64,000 nt of DNA from contig JBHGNT010000016.1 in the NCBI GenBank assembly GCA_043228905.1, forward strand, positions 7,440,001 to 7,504,000, in the 5' to 3' direction. Both the position numbers and the translations under genes were made by a program. This DNA is from Azolla caroliniana. Taxonomy: Eukaryota > Plantae > Polypodiophyta. Under the pieces are notes generated by a model. That model was given only the letters and a program-made list of their open reading frames with translations. It was not told where the DNA came from and did no database searches. Of the stretch, positions 24,397 to 37,385 are shown piece by piece (within the stretch, counting starts at the first letter, position 1; every line of letters begins with the position of its first letter).

Positions 24397-24852
24397 TGTT
24401 ACGGGCATGACCATTTAATATCCCGTGGTGAGAATTTACCGTAGTATTCTATACACGTGGATAAGTGTGAGGGTTAAATGAGAGTGTAAAGAAGGGGAGG
24501 ATTACTTTTAATCCTCAGGATTGAGACAACCCATTAGGTCAAGTGTGAACTTGCCTGGCGGCCTTGGGTATTGCTATAAATAAGAGGCCTAGCTACCCTC
24601 ATTTGATGATCTTTTTTACTACATCGAGACTCTGCTCTTGTGGTGGGTCAACTCTTGTAGCAAGTGCGCTAGCACCAGGTACGACTCGACGCCACGGTGG
24701 TGGTATGGGACGCCGATCGAGGCTCGAGTCCATCTCGATCCCTTCGCTCGGGGGTGGTCGGGTGGATCGGCAACCTTCTTTCTCTTTCTCCTTTCTATCT
24801 ATCATTTGTTTATCCTTATCTTAAGCTTACTTTAGTACTTAGATCTCTAATA
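24397..24852 (+). repeat. 3' LTR of the chromovirus
   Basis: Follows the PPT and is followed by TSD GTGTC. Confidence 0.96.
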
Positions 24853-26170
24853 GTGTCCGCACGAGAATTCTCTCTGAATGCCTTCACCTTGGAGATAGGA
24901 GATGAATTCGTCGAAGAAGTACTCCATTCCTCCATCTGATCGTAGGCATTGAATGTGCCGACCGGTTTCGTTTTTGACTTGGCCCTTGAGCTTTCAAAAG
25001 TGAGAGAGCACTTCTCTCTTCTTCTTCATCGGGAAGATCCACATGTAGCACGAGTAGTCGTCAATGAAGGTGACATAGTATCGGCATCCGCTAATCGTCG
25101 GCGTTTGAGCCAGTCCCCATACATCCGAATGTATGACGTCGAGGAGGCCTTTGCTTGTGTAGCTCTCCTTCAGGAATGGGAGTTGATGTTGTTTGCCGAG
25201 TTGACACGCTTCGCATACTCGGTCGACTCGTTTCGACTCGAAGGTCGGAAGTCCGATGAAGACTCCCTTTGATTGCATCGCTCGGTGCCATTGGAGATTA
25301 ATGTGGCCGATCCTCTTGTGCCACAACTCGATGCTCGTCTTGGTTTTGCGACCTTTGGCATACATGGCTGATTTTACCTTGTTCAAATCGAGAATGAACA
25401 TTCGACCGTCTCTCCGCCCCTTAGCTATGAATTGTCCATCTTTCACGATGAAGCATCCTTTGTTGTTGAAACGAACTTGTATGCCTTGCTCCACGATTTG
25501 GCCGACCGAGACCAAATTCTTTGTTATTATGGGCACGTGCAAGACATTCTTCATACAAGTTTGCTCGCCTTCTTTCCTGAATAGGACATTGCCGATGTGC
25601 CGAATGGGATGTGTGGTGTCGTCTCCCATCTCTATGAAGTTGGGTAGATCTAGTGTTCATAAGTCACGAAACCACTCTTGGTGTGACGTCATATGATGTG
25701 ACGCACTGGAGTCAACGAACCACACGTCGTCCGAGTTGGAGGTGCTCATGGAGTCCAAAACCGACATAGAGTTCACTATATGTCTTATTACGAATAGTCC
25801 ACCATAGTCGTCACATTCGGAGTTGGTGGCATAATTTGTGAGTTGTCGGCTTGTCGAAACCGACTCACTTCTCTTCTTCCAACACTCCTCTTTGCGGTGA
25901 CTGATTTTTCTGCAATAGTTGCCAACCTTGTTCTGCTCCCCCTTCTTCCAAAGGTTCCTCGATAGCTTCCATCTTCTTGATGTCAAAGGTTTGAGTTCCC
26001 TTCATGAGATGGGTCGAATCAACCTCCTCTACCGCCTCGACCTCGTCCGAATTTGAGAAGAACATTTTTCCTTCCGATTTCTTGGTCTAGGTTTAGACGT
26101 GGCTCTTTTCAACCTATAGTATTGATTGAATGTCAAAGAACAAAGGAGGATTTTCCCTCGCTAGGATTGT

Positions 26171-29100
26171 TCCGACCTTTTCGGATGTGCCGACTCCTTC
26201 GATCGGCTCATCTTCCGTTTTCCTCTTGTCTCCCCCTTTGTTGGTTCTTTCTTCCTCTCTAGCTCCTTGTCCGGTGCCATCCGTTCCCTTTCCTTTTCTC
26301 CCCCTCAAGTGCGGCACATCGAGATGTTGAACATCAAGAATTTGGGTGAAATGCTGCAACTTGTCTGATCCGAGCGGTTTGGTGAAGATATCAGCAACTT
26401 GCCGATCTGTCTGAACATAACAAAGTTCAACTTCACCACTCACGCACGAAGTGATAATGCACTTCTGTGTGCTTTTTCCGAGCATGGAACATGGGGTTCT
26501 TGGCGAGCTGAATGTTGCTCATGTTGTTGCAGTAGATCAAGATCGGGGTTGATACCTCGATTCGCTAATCTTGCAGAAGTCGCCAAAGCCAGATGGCTTC
26601 ATAAGTGGCATTGGTAGCGCCCCAGTATTCAGCCTCAGTGCTCGATAATGCCACTGTTGGCTGCTTTTTGTTGTTGCACGCAACAGTCGCGCTACCTAGA
26701 GAGAACATGTAACAAGAGGTGGATCGGCGATCCGATGCATCACCGACCCAATCGGCATCTGTATATCCGACTAGTTCTTCGGTTATACCATGCCGGTATA
26801 ACAGTCCCCAATCCTTTGTGCCGCTCACATACCGGAGTATCCGGTGTGCGCACTAAAGGTGCTCGACGGTCGGCTTCTGCATGAACTAGTTGATCACTCC
26901 GACCGGGTAACTGAGGTCGGGTTGAGTGATTGTCAGGTATATGAGGCTTCCGACGATTTGTCGGAACCGTTTCTCATCGCAAGCTTGTCCGGAGTTGGGA
27001 CAGAGCTTTTGGTTCTGGTCTAGGGGTGTGGAAACAGGTCGGCATTCCATCATGCCGAACTTGTACAACATATTCAACACATAGTGTCGTTGTGAGACCA
27101 ATATGTTGTCAGGGGTTCGGATCACCTCGATCCCAAGAAAATAATGAAGGTCCCCCAGGTCCTTCATTTCAAGTGCGTCCGACAGCTGGGACTTTACTTG
27201 GCCAATTTCATTGAGTCCGGGTCCGGTGATGACTAAATCATCAACATAAAGTAGGATGCAAACCGGACCATCTCGAACTTGCCGGATGAACAACGACGAG
27301 TCGGATTTAGAGATCACAAACCCCATCTTATGCAACCAGTGCGTGATCTTTGCATTCCAAGCTCGGGGGGCTTGTTTCTGACCGTAAAGCGACTTCTTGA
27401 GCCAGCACACCGCCGACTTGTTCATCTCTGACTGAAAACCGGGAGGTTGGATCATATAGACCCGTTCTTCAAGGTCACCTTGAAGAAACGCATTCTTCGC
27501 GTCCATTTGGTGAAGATGCCACCCCCTTGCCGCAGCAACCACCAGTACCACACGAACCGTCGTCATCTTCACTACCGGAGCGAAGGTCTCCCTCGTAATC
27601 GATTCCTTGGGTTTGTGCGTATCCCTTCGCCACTAACCGGGCCTTGTACCGGTTAACCGAACCGTCGGCATCTTCGCTACCGGAGCGAAGGTCCCATCGT
27701 AATCGATTCCTTGGGTTTGTGCGTATCTCTTCGCCACTAACCGGGCCCTGTACCGGTTAACCGAACCGTCGGCATTGTACTTTACCTTGTACACCCATTT
27801 GCAACAAATCGGTTTACAGTGTCGGGGAGGGTCAACAAGGTTCCATGTGTCGTTGGCATCTACTGCACGCATTTCTTCCTCCATAGTGGCACACCAATTT
27901 GCGTCCTTTGTCGCTTCTACGTAGCTCTCCGGCTCACACACTTCTGCCACCTTAGTCATGAACGCATAATGATGCGCCATGTACTCATTGTACTCGTACC
28001 GTGTAATGGGGTTCTTCAGGCGGGAAGACCGGCATAGCTTGGTATTACCCGGTTTGGGGCCCTTCTTGGCCAAGTCGGACTTCGTTCCTAAATATCTGAC
28101 TTCATCCTTTCCGAAGTCGGATTTGCTCCGATCCGACTCAACGTTGCCAGTTTCGTATTCCGGCATCTTCTTCTTCCCCTTCTCTTTGCGCGTGAACCGT
28201 CTCCTCGGTTCCTTGCACGGGGAGAGCACAGCAGAGTCTCCACTACTCGCCGATTCCTCATCCGACTAGTCATCCCGACACAACCGCTCATTCGATCCAC
28301 TTAGCCAGAATGAGATCGGACTCTCTTCTAGAGTGTCGTAGTCTTCATCTTCTACCTGGACCTCCTCGGGCTCACTAGCCTCATCTTCCGGAATCGGGTC
28401 TTCGTTGGGAGTTGGAGTCGGTAAGGAGTACCATGATGCCGTCTCATCAAACTTGACATCTCGGCTTACTCGCACCTGCTTAGTCCGGGGGTTATAACAC
28501 TCATACCCCTTTTGCTCATGCGAGTAACCGACTAGAATGCACTTCTCCGACTTCGGATCCAGCTTCCTCCGCTTCTCATCCGGTACATGCATATATGCTA
28601 TGCTACTGAATATCCGAAGGTGTCTCAAATTCGGCTTGCGCCCGAAATACAGCTCGTGTGCTGACACATTGTCACCGATCCGGTTTTGGATGTAGACGGT
28701 TGTCTGAACCGCCTAAGCCCAGTAGAAATGGGGCATGCTCTTCTCCTCCAGCATTGCCCTTGCCGCATTGACAATCGACTAGTTCTTCCTTTCGGCCACA
28801 CCGTTTTGCTCCAGTGTGTACCTGCAGCTGAATTCACTCCGAATTCCGTTCTGCTGCAAATAACTGTTGAATTGACACTTCTTGATCTTCCTCTCCGTTT
28901 CCCGTTCAACCAAGCTTTGAAGGTTCCGGAAACACTCGAAGACTTCGCTCTTCCTCTCGATGAGGTAGATCCACGTGTGCCGGTTGTAGTCATCGATGAA
29001 GGAGATGAAATATCGACTCCCGCCAAGACTTACATTTTGTGTCGGTCCCCATACATCCGAATGGATTAAATCGAGCTTGTTATGGGTCTGGTTTCGATTG

Positions 29101-31371
29101 ATGGGGAATGGAAGCCTGTGTTGCTTCCAAAGTTTGCAGGCTTCACAAATTTCAGCCTTCCGGCCGCTTAATTTCGGCAAATCAAAAACGACTTGTTTCG
29201 ATTGCAAGTCTTGAAGCCTTCGATAATTGACGTGGCCAATCCGCTTGTGCCACAGGTTGATGTTCGACTCGACCTTCTGCCCTTTGGCAAACATGGTGGT
29301 GCCAATGTCATTACTGTTGAGGATGAACATCCTCCCTTCTCTGCACCCTTCCGCAATTATCCGGCCCTCTTCCTCGATGAAGCACCCGAGGTGCGTAAAC
29401 CACACCTGCATCCCCTGGTCAACGATTTGTCCAATGACACCAGGTTCTTTGTGATAGTCGGAACGTGTAATACGTTCATCAGCTTCCCCTTTTGTCCAAC
29501 ATGGCTTAAAGGGACTTCTCCGACATGCACAATCAGGTGAGGGGTGTCGTCTCCAGTTTCAACAATCCCCGGTTGTTCCAGTTTCTCCAAAAAGGAGAAC
29601 CACTCTTCGTGGCTCGTCATGTGTTTGGACGCTCCAGAATCAACGTACCATACTTCCTCCGATCCAGAAGTAGTCTTCTTCATCGAGTTAGCCTTGTGTT
29701 TAATCACAAAGGCTGGCCCTTTACCTGTTTTCCCAGTTCCGGATCCTTCCGATCCTTCCGCGTAGTGCAAGCTTTGCCGGTTCTCCCGACCAGTTTTGCC
29801 AGATCCGGATTTGTCTGAATCGGTGCGCTTCTTCCAGCACTCGCTTTCTATGTGGCCCTTTTTTCCACAGTACCAGCATTCTGTGTCGGCCTTTCCTTGC
29901 CAGTTCCCGGCGCCGCTTTGATTCCCCCTGCTTGTGGAGGGTCCAGAACTGTTGTCGGCACAACCTCTATGCCTCCGGTCCTGCTCTTGTCGGCCGCCTC
30001 CATTGCGTGCCGACCCACCTCATCCACCACGTCCATGGGGCTGATTTGTCTCCATGTACAGCATATAGTCGTCCAATTGAGTGATCCTTGACCCACTCGC
30101 GTGGTTTTCTTCAACTATCAGCATCAATTGCAAGTCGAAGAAGGACAATGGTTTCTCCCGGGTGCAGATTGCTATCTGGATTGGCCCATACCTTTGCGCT
30201 AGACCACTGAGGTAGATTTGTACCATCTTGTCTTCATCCACCATCACATTGATGGACCCAAGTGCGTCGCAAATCTCCTTTATCTTGGTGGTGTAGTCTG
30301 TAACCGACATGTCTCTTTGTCGGATGTTGTTCACCTCTTGCCGGAACTGCAACTTACGGGTTGTGGTACTCGCGGCGAAAATCTTCCTCAGATTTACCCA
30401 GGCCTCCTTCGGTGTCTTTGCATCCTTGATGTAGCTGAGCATCTGATCGTGCACACAGGACACGAGGCAGTACAATACTCGGCTCACTCCTTTTTCCCAT
30501 ACCGGGAAGTCTTCGTGTGATGGCTCCGATGCTACTTCATTTGTTCCTTCCACGAAGCTCCAATATCCATGCCCCAGCAGGTACTGGTGCATTTTATATG
30601 ACTAGGACGCATAGTTGCTCCGGTAGAACTTCTCTGTTGGAAGTGAACTCGCAATTCCTCTGTCCATAACTTCTCTCTACTTGTTGTTACCAGGTTCTAG
30701 GGTTCGTCTACGAAAGCAAGCGTGGGATACAGAGGTTCTCAACCCTCGCGCTCTAATACCATGTAAATGTTAATGTGCAGAAGCTTCAGATAAAACCGGC
30801 TCAACCGGATAGCAACAGAAAATGAGATGAAGTTTTAATGGAAAAGCTTAAAACGCAGAGGAGATAGAGAGAGCATAACATAAAACTATATTCAAAAATT
30901 AAAATCGTGCACACAGGACGCGAGGCAGTACAATACTCGACTCGCTCCTTGCTCCCATACCGAGAAGTCTTCGTGTGACGGCTCCGGTGCTACTTAATTT
31001 GTTCCTTCCATGAAGCTCCAATATCCATGCCCCAACAGGTACTGGTGCATTTTATATGACCAAGACGCATAGTTGCTCCGGTCGAGCTTCTCTATTGGAA
31101 ATGAACTCGCCATTCCTCTGTCCATAACTTCTCTCTACTTGTTGTTACCGGGTTCTAAGGTTTGTCTACGAAAGCAAGCGTCGGTTGCAGAGGTTCTCAA
31201 CCCTCGCACTCTGATACCATGTAAATGTTAATGTGCGGAAGCTTCAGACAAAACCAACTCTGCCAAATAGCAACAGAAAATGAGATGAAGGTTTAATGGA
31301 AAAGCTTAGAACTCAGAGGAAACAGAGAGAGCAGAACATAAAACTATATTCAAAAATTAACTCTAAAACTC
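26171..31371 (-). mobile_element. Degenerate copia related to the elements at 1-3374 and 9053-14761; 3' LTR lost, 5' LTR interrupted
   Basis: Minus ORFs: gag 30020..30592 (MHQYLLGHGYW), protease WYVDSGASKHM, integrase 28266-29411, RT 26886..27572 (LLYVDDL), RNase H 26300-26830. PBS at 31208-31219, duplicated at 30750-30761. Confidence 0.93.
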
Positions 31372-34300
31372 TGATGAGAATATGCGGAATAATCTTTGGC
31401 TACAACCGAGACTTAGATCACTTAATGATAAGCAAACACAGAAAAAAGGAGAAATAGAAGTAAGTACACAAATAGAAGAGAGTGCACAGGATGTTAACGT
31501 GGAAAACCCCTAAATGGGAAAAAACCACGGGAGCCCACAAACTCCAAACTATCACTATGTGAGGAGAATACAATGAAGAACACAAAGGCAATGACCTCGT
31601 CCTCACACTCTTCGCCTGGCGGCGGTTACAACAAAGACTTACTCTGTTTCTCTCTCTCGCTCTCTGTTACGCTTTGTATAGCAATTACACTCTGTAACAC
31701 TATACAAAAATAATGACAACAACACAGATACTATTTGCCCTAGGTCATATTTATACTAGAACATATTTACATATATGTCCCTTCATCCGGAGAGAGGTTC
31801 TCACCGGGCCTGCAACATCCGGTTCTCAACGGGTCTTCCTTACCAGGTACTCATCATCTAGTTCTTACCGGGCCTTCATCATCCGGTTCTCACCGGGCCT
31901 TCAGACCGATATCCTAACAAACTCCCCCTTCACTCCGTCATGGGATGTCTAGTTAGTCCAATTCGCTTCTGGCATGCATCCAGCTTGTCAGGCGTTAGCA
32001 CCTTGGTCAGCATATCTGACCCATTCTCCTCCGTGTGGATCTTCGTCAGCACGAACTCTCGATCTTCCACTCGCTCCCAAATCCAGTGGTACCTCCGTTG
32101 GATGTGCTTCGTCCTGGAATGATACGCCACGTTCTTTGCAAGGTGGATAGCACTTTGATTATCGCAATAGAGCCAGTATTCCTCTTGCCGGATACCTAGG
32201 TCTTCGATGAAGTCCTTCATCCATAGTATTTCCTTGCCAACTTCCACAACCGCCATGTACTCCGCCTCCGTGGTTGACAACGCAACCGTCTTCTACAGCC
32301 TCGATTGCCACGAAACAGCTCCCCCTACATATGTCATAACATATCCCGATGTTGACTGGCTGGTATCCGCATCAGCCGACATATCCAAATCGGTGAAACC
32401 ATCAAGTTGGAGTTTAAGGGAGCCGAATCGGAGACACATACTTGAGGTGCCTTTCAGGTACCGGAGTATCCACTTTACCGCATTCCAGTGCTCCTTGCCG
32501 GAATTTCTCATAAACTGGCTCACCACTCCGACTGCGTATCCGATATCCGGTCGAGTACACACCATTGCGTACATTAAGCTCCTGACGGCAGAGGCATATG
32601 GTATCTTCATCATATCCGCCTTCTCTGCCTTCATCTTCGGGCTTTGCTTACCGGATAGCCTACAGTTTGCCAAGAGTGTTGATCCGACCGGTTTTGCATC
32701 TGGCATGTTGAACCGCTGAAGCACCTTTGTCACGTACTTCTCCTATGACAGCCACAATTACTTCTTTGACCGATCCCGGATGATATGCATCCCCAGTATC
32801 TGTCTTGCCGGACCCAAGTCTTTCATTGAGAAGGTCTGGTTCAGAGCCTTCTTCAGCGTCCCTATCTTGACTTGGTCTCGTCCGACGATCAACATGTCGT
32901 CTACGTACAGGAGGAGTATCAGGAAGTCTCCACCTTCGAACTTCTTCACAAATACGCAGTGATCGGCCTGTGTCTTGTGGTACCCTTGATCGGTCATGAA
33001 GGAGTCGAACTTCTGGTACCATTGCCAGGGAAGCTGCTTCAAACCGTAGAGGCTCTTCTTCAACCGGCAAACCAAGTGCTCCTTCCCTTTCTTCACAAAT
33101 CCCTCCAGTTGCTACATGTAGATCTCCTCTTCGAAGTCACCGTGGAGGAACGCCGTCTTCACGTCTAACTACTCTACCTCGATGTCCATGCTTGCCGCTA
33201 TGCTCAATATCGTCCGAATGGAAGTCATCTTTACTACCGGGGCAAATATCTTGTCGAAGTCCACGCCCTTGTTTTGTTGGAACCCCTTCACCACGATCCT
33301 GGCTTTGTATCTCGGGGGCTTGCCGGCATCTCCCGATTTCAGCTTGTACACCCACTTGTTTCGGAGTGCCCTCCTTCCTTTCGGCAACTCCACCAATTCA
33401 TACGTGTGGTTCTCATGCAAGGAGTCCATCTCCTGCATGGCACTCAACCACTTGCGACTTTGGGTGTCTCTCTTAGCTTCTTCGAAGCTTTCCGGCTCCC
33501 CCTCATCGGTTAGTAGTACATGCTCTGGATCCGGGGGGGCCTTCTCTCTTTGAGAGGATATCTGCGTCCTTGGTTTCCGGCAACCGGCTCCTCTATTTGT
33601 TCTTCATCCGAATCCGATTCGGGATCTTGGCCGGTTCCGGTTCCCACTTCCTCTTCTTCTTCTGCCGGTTCGGTATCCTCACCGTAACCGACCGGTTCTT
33701 CGAGTGTCAACCGGCTCTTAGCCGGGTAGATCCGAATCTCATCGAACCAATCCTTACCAATCGACTCAGAGTTCATTATCTTCTTCTCTGGCTCCCAGTC
33801 GGCAAGGATCTTGTCCTCCATGAAGATAATATTTCGACTCCGGAAAACCTTCTTGTCGACCGGATCCCACACTCGGTAGCCGAACTCATCATCGCCGTAT
33901 CCAAGGAATATGCAAGGCCGGGACTTTGGATACAACTTTTCTCTCTGGTCCTTTGCCACATGCACGTAAGCGAGACACTCGAACACCTTCAGGTGCCGGT
34001 AAGACACTTCCTTGCCAGTCCACACTCTTTGTGGCGTGTCTCCGTCCAAGGGCACTGAGGGTGATCTGTTTATCATATACGTCGTTGTTGACTGCGCCTC
34101 AGTCCAAAATATCTTGTGTAGCTTGGCATGTGCTAGCATACTCCAGACCCTCTCCATTATGGTCCGGTTCATCCTCTCGGCCAGCCCGTTTAGTTCCGAT
34201 GTCTTCGGCACGGTAAATTCGAGCCGGATTCCCTTCGAGCAGTAGTACTCCTCGAACTGCCCCCGGTATTCTCCTCCGTTATCTACTCGAACCGCCTTCA

Positions 34301-35570
34301 GCTTCCGTCTGGTTTCTCTTTCCACTCTCACATAGAGCTCCTTGAAGACGGATAACACTTGGTCCTTCATCTTCAACGGTGAGACCCACAGCTTCTGGTT
34401 GTGGTCGTCTATGAACGTCACGAAGTACTGTGATCCAGCATGTGACTTCGTGTCTACTTGACACACATCGGTATGCACCAACTCCAGTGGTGCATTCCGT
34501 CTCATCGGTGGCCTTAATTGGAAGAAGGTCCGGTTTTGCTTACCGGCCAGGCAGTCGGTGCACCTCTCAAGATGCACGTTCTTTACCGGAATGAGGTTGT
34601 CATCGGCAAGCCTCTTCATCCCCTTCTCGCTCATGTGACACAGTCTCTTGTGCCACAGCTCACCGGCAGTGTCGGATGCCACATTCACTTCTTCCGGGCA
34701 TAACCGGGCATTCATCAGGTACAGTGTGTTGACTTTCCAGGGCCGAGCCACTATCAGGCTCTCTTTGCTGAATTTCATGACACCGTTCCAGATGCTACCC
34801 GTGTAGCCTTCATCATCCAGCTAACTGGCTAATATCAGGTTCAGTCGAACCTCCGGAACGTGTCGGACATCCTTCAGCAGCAACTTGCATCCGGTTGGTG
34901 TTGTCTGCCACACGTCTCCTATGCCAACAATTCGGCATGTACCTACATTCCCCATCCAGACACAACCATGATCATTGGCCGTGTAGGATGAGAATCATTT
35001 CCGGTCCGGGGTCAGGTGGAACGACGCTTCGGAATCAACAACCCACGTTGTCTCATCGCCGGCAAGGTTCAACTCACTCTCCTCGGTGATGAGCATCAAC
35101 TCCTCTACACTTCCTGCGATCGCCGTCATTCCCTTCCGGTCCGGTCCTCTCCGGTCTTTGTCATTCCGGTCCGGTGACCGCTTCGAATCGGTACTGTTGG
35201 TTTTCTTGTCTTTCCGGAAATGCCAATAGTTCTTCTAGAAGTGCCCCGGCTTCCCACAGTAGAAGCAAGTGGGCCTTCCCCTTGACTTTGATCGTGTCCC
35301 CGACTTTTCCCGGTTCTGGGGACTCTGGTTCCTTTGTCTTCCGCGTTCCGATTCGGTAAGGAGCGCTTTGGAGTCGGAGCTCGTATCCTTGTCTTTCCGA
35401 CACGCCTCCTCATCTAGCAAGCTCGACTTGACTCTTGCTAGGGATAACTATTTTCCTTTCGGCCTGGCATTGCCCAAAGTGACAACTAACGTCTCCCAGC
35501 TATCTGGGAGGGAACCAAGCAGGAGCAATGCTAGTACCTCATCGGCGAGAGGTACTTCCAACGATTTCTT
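31372..35570 (-). mobile_element. Degenerate Tnt1/Tork-like copia: 3' LTR at 31372-31919 plus pol and part of gag; 5' end missing
   Basis: Minus ORFs with WHKRLCHMSEKG, LVHTDVC, VDNGGEY, LNGLAERMNRTI, LLYVDDMLIVG, MYAMVCTRPDI, HSRTKHIQRRYHWI and gag LLLLGSLPDSW. PPT GAAGGGGGAG is followed by TGTTAG on the minus strand. Confidence 0.92.
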
Positions 35571-37385
35571 GTACCTCATCGGCGAGAGGTATTTTGGGAA
35601 TGGGATTCGATGTTGTTTGCCGAGTTGACACGATTCGCACACTCGGTCGACTCATTTCAATGCGAATGCCGGAAGTCCTATGATGACTCCCTTAGATCGC
35701 ATCGCTCGGAGCCGTTGGAGGTTTATGTGGCCAATTCTCTTATGCCACAATGCGATGCTCATCTTGGTTTTGAGACCTTTGTCATACATGGCCTATTTCA
35801 CCTCGTTTGATTCAAGAATGAACATTCGACTGTCTCTATGTCCCTTAGCTATGAGTCGGCCATCTTTCTCGATGAAGCATCCTTCGTCGTTGAAACAAAC
35901 TTGCATGCCTTGCTCCACAATTTGGCCGACTGAGACCAAATTCTTTGTTATTGTGGGCACGTGCAAGATATTCTTTATGTAATTGTTTTGGCCGTCGTTG
36001 CCGAATGGAACGTTGCCGATGTGCCAAATTGGATGTGTGGTGTCGTCTCCCATCTCTATGAATCTGGGTCGGTCTAGTGTTCGTAAGTCACAAAACCACT
36101 CTTGTTGTGACGTCATATGATGCAAAGCACCGGAGTCGATGAACCACACGTCTTCATAGTTGGAGGAGCTTGTGGAATCGGAGGCTGTCATAGGGTTCGC
36201 TCTATGTCTCATCACGAATAGCCCACCATAGTAGTCCTATTCGGAGTTGGTGGCGTAATTTGTGAGTTCTCGGCTTGTCAAAGCTGACTCACTTCTTCTT
36301 TTTTGGCACTCCTCCTCGCGGTGGCCGATTTTTCCATAATAGTTGCAAGTAGCAGGCCACATTTTCCGATCTGGTCCGGCATGGAGGCTCCCCCTTCTTC
36401 CGAAGGTTCCTTGATAGCTTTTGTCTTGTTGTTGAAGGTTTGAGTCGGATCGACCTCGTTCTCGGCCACCATCCGAATTCAAGAAGAAGATTTGTCCTTC
36501 CGACGTCTTGCTTTTTGTTCGGTTGTGGTTCTCTTCGACCAATAGCATTGATTGAAGGTCTAAGAACAAAGGAGGTTTTTCCCTCGCTAAGATTGTCGTT
36601 CTCCATGAGTCAAATTGTTGCGCAAGGCCGCCCAAGCATACTTGAACCATCTTGTCTTTGTCGACATTTATGTTGATGGATCCAAGCGATTCGCAAATGC
36701 TCTTAATTTTTTTGGTGTAGTCCAACACGGACATATCTTTTTGCCGAATGTTGTTCAACTCTTGTCGGAGTTGAAGCTTTCAGGCGGTCATGTTGGCGGC
36801 GAACATCTTCAAGTTCTCCCACGCCTCTTTAGGCATCTTGGCATCTCGAATGTGGCTAAGCATGTGGTCGTGGACAAATGTTGCCAAACAATACATTACC
36901 TAACTCGCTCCTTGCTCCCACGTTGGGTAGTTGGCGTTTGCGATGTCGGGTTTTTCTTCGAGTGCGTCGTTGATGTAGCTCCAATACCCTTGGCCGACGA
37001 GGTATTGGTTCATCTTGTACTCCCAAGATGAATAATTGCTCCGGTCTAGCTTTTCACTAGGGAGCGAGCTACCCATTCGTGTGTTCATGTTGTTGTAATT
37101 TCTTCCCTTTTGTCTTTTCATCGTTTGGTCATGTACATGTGCTAGATAGCGGCACTACAATAGCCGATAGCTGGATTTTTTCTGTGTGAGGAGAATAAAG
37201 GTACAAAGGTGTAAGTCCTATATTAAATGAACATGGGAGAGGAGATTCTACAATATATCCCACTCAAGTACAAAATCCTATTTAAGGCTTTAAGGTCAAC
37301 ACACTAACTAGATTCTATCTAGGTAACTACTAAGTTACGTGTGTTGACTAACTAACTAAATCTAGTTGAGCTTGATATCACAACA

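Larger units (their letters stand above)
17837..24852 (+). mobile_element. Full-length Ty3/gypsy chromovirus (gag-PR-RT-RH-INT-chromodomain) with several stops, inserted in the family C integrase
   Basis: 456-bp LTRs at 17837-18292 and 24397-24852, TSD GTGTC on both sides, PBS TGGTATCAGA at 18295, PPT AAAGAGGGGGAG. Zinc knuckle CIFCKKKGHTKDQC, protease [18 protein letters not shown], RNase H ETDASD, integrase HPQSDGQTERVN, GPF motif, chromodomain (PERIL...IKW...DATWE). Confidence 0.98.
16628..37385 (-). mobile_element. Outer copia element (family C) forming a 20.8-kb nested block; its own-family pieces are 16628-17836, 24853-26170 and 35592-37385
   Basis: 3' LTR at 16628-17062 with PPT, and a truncated 5' LTR at about 37183-37385 of the same family. 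Flanks ATATG/AGATG (TSD with one mismatch); the interrupted LINE rejoins in frame across the block. Internal gag (SEKLDRSNYSSWEYKM), protease (WFIDSGALHHM) and integrase (HSDVWG). Confidence 0.8.

Noticed and set aside
31367-31924. Solo LTR with TSD AACTC at 31372-31919
   Set aside because: The right-hand AACTC is part of the element's own PPT and pol follows directly, so this is a 3' LTR and the match is probably coincidence.
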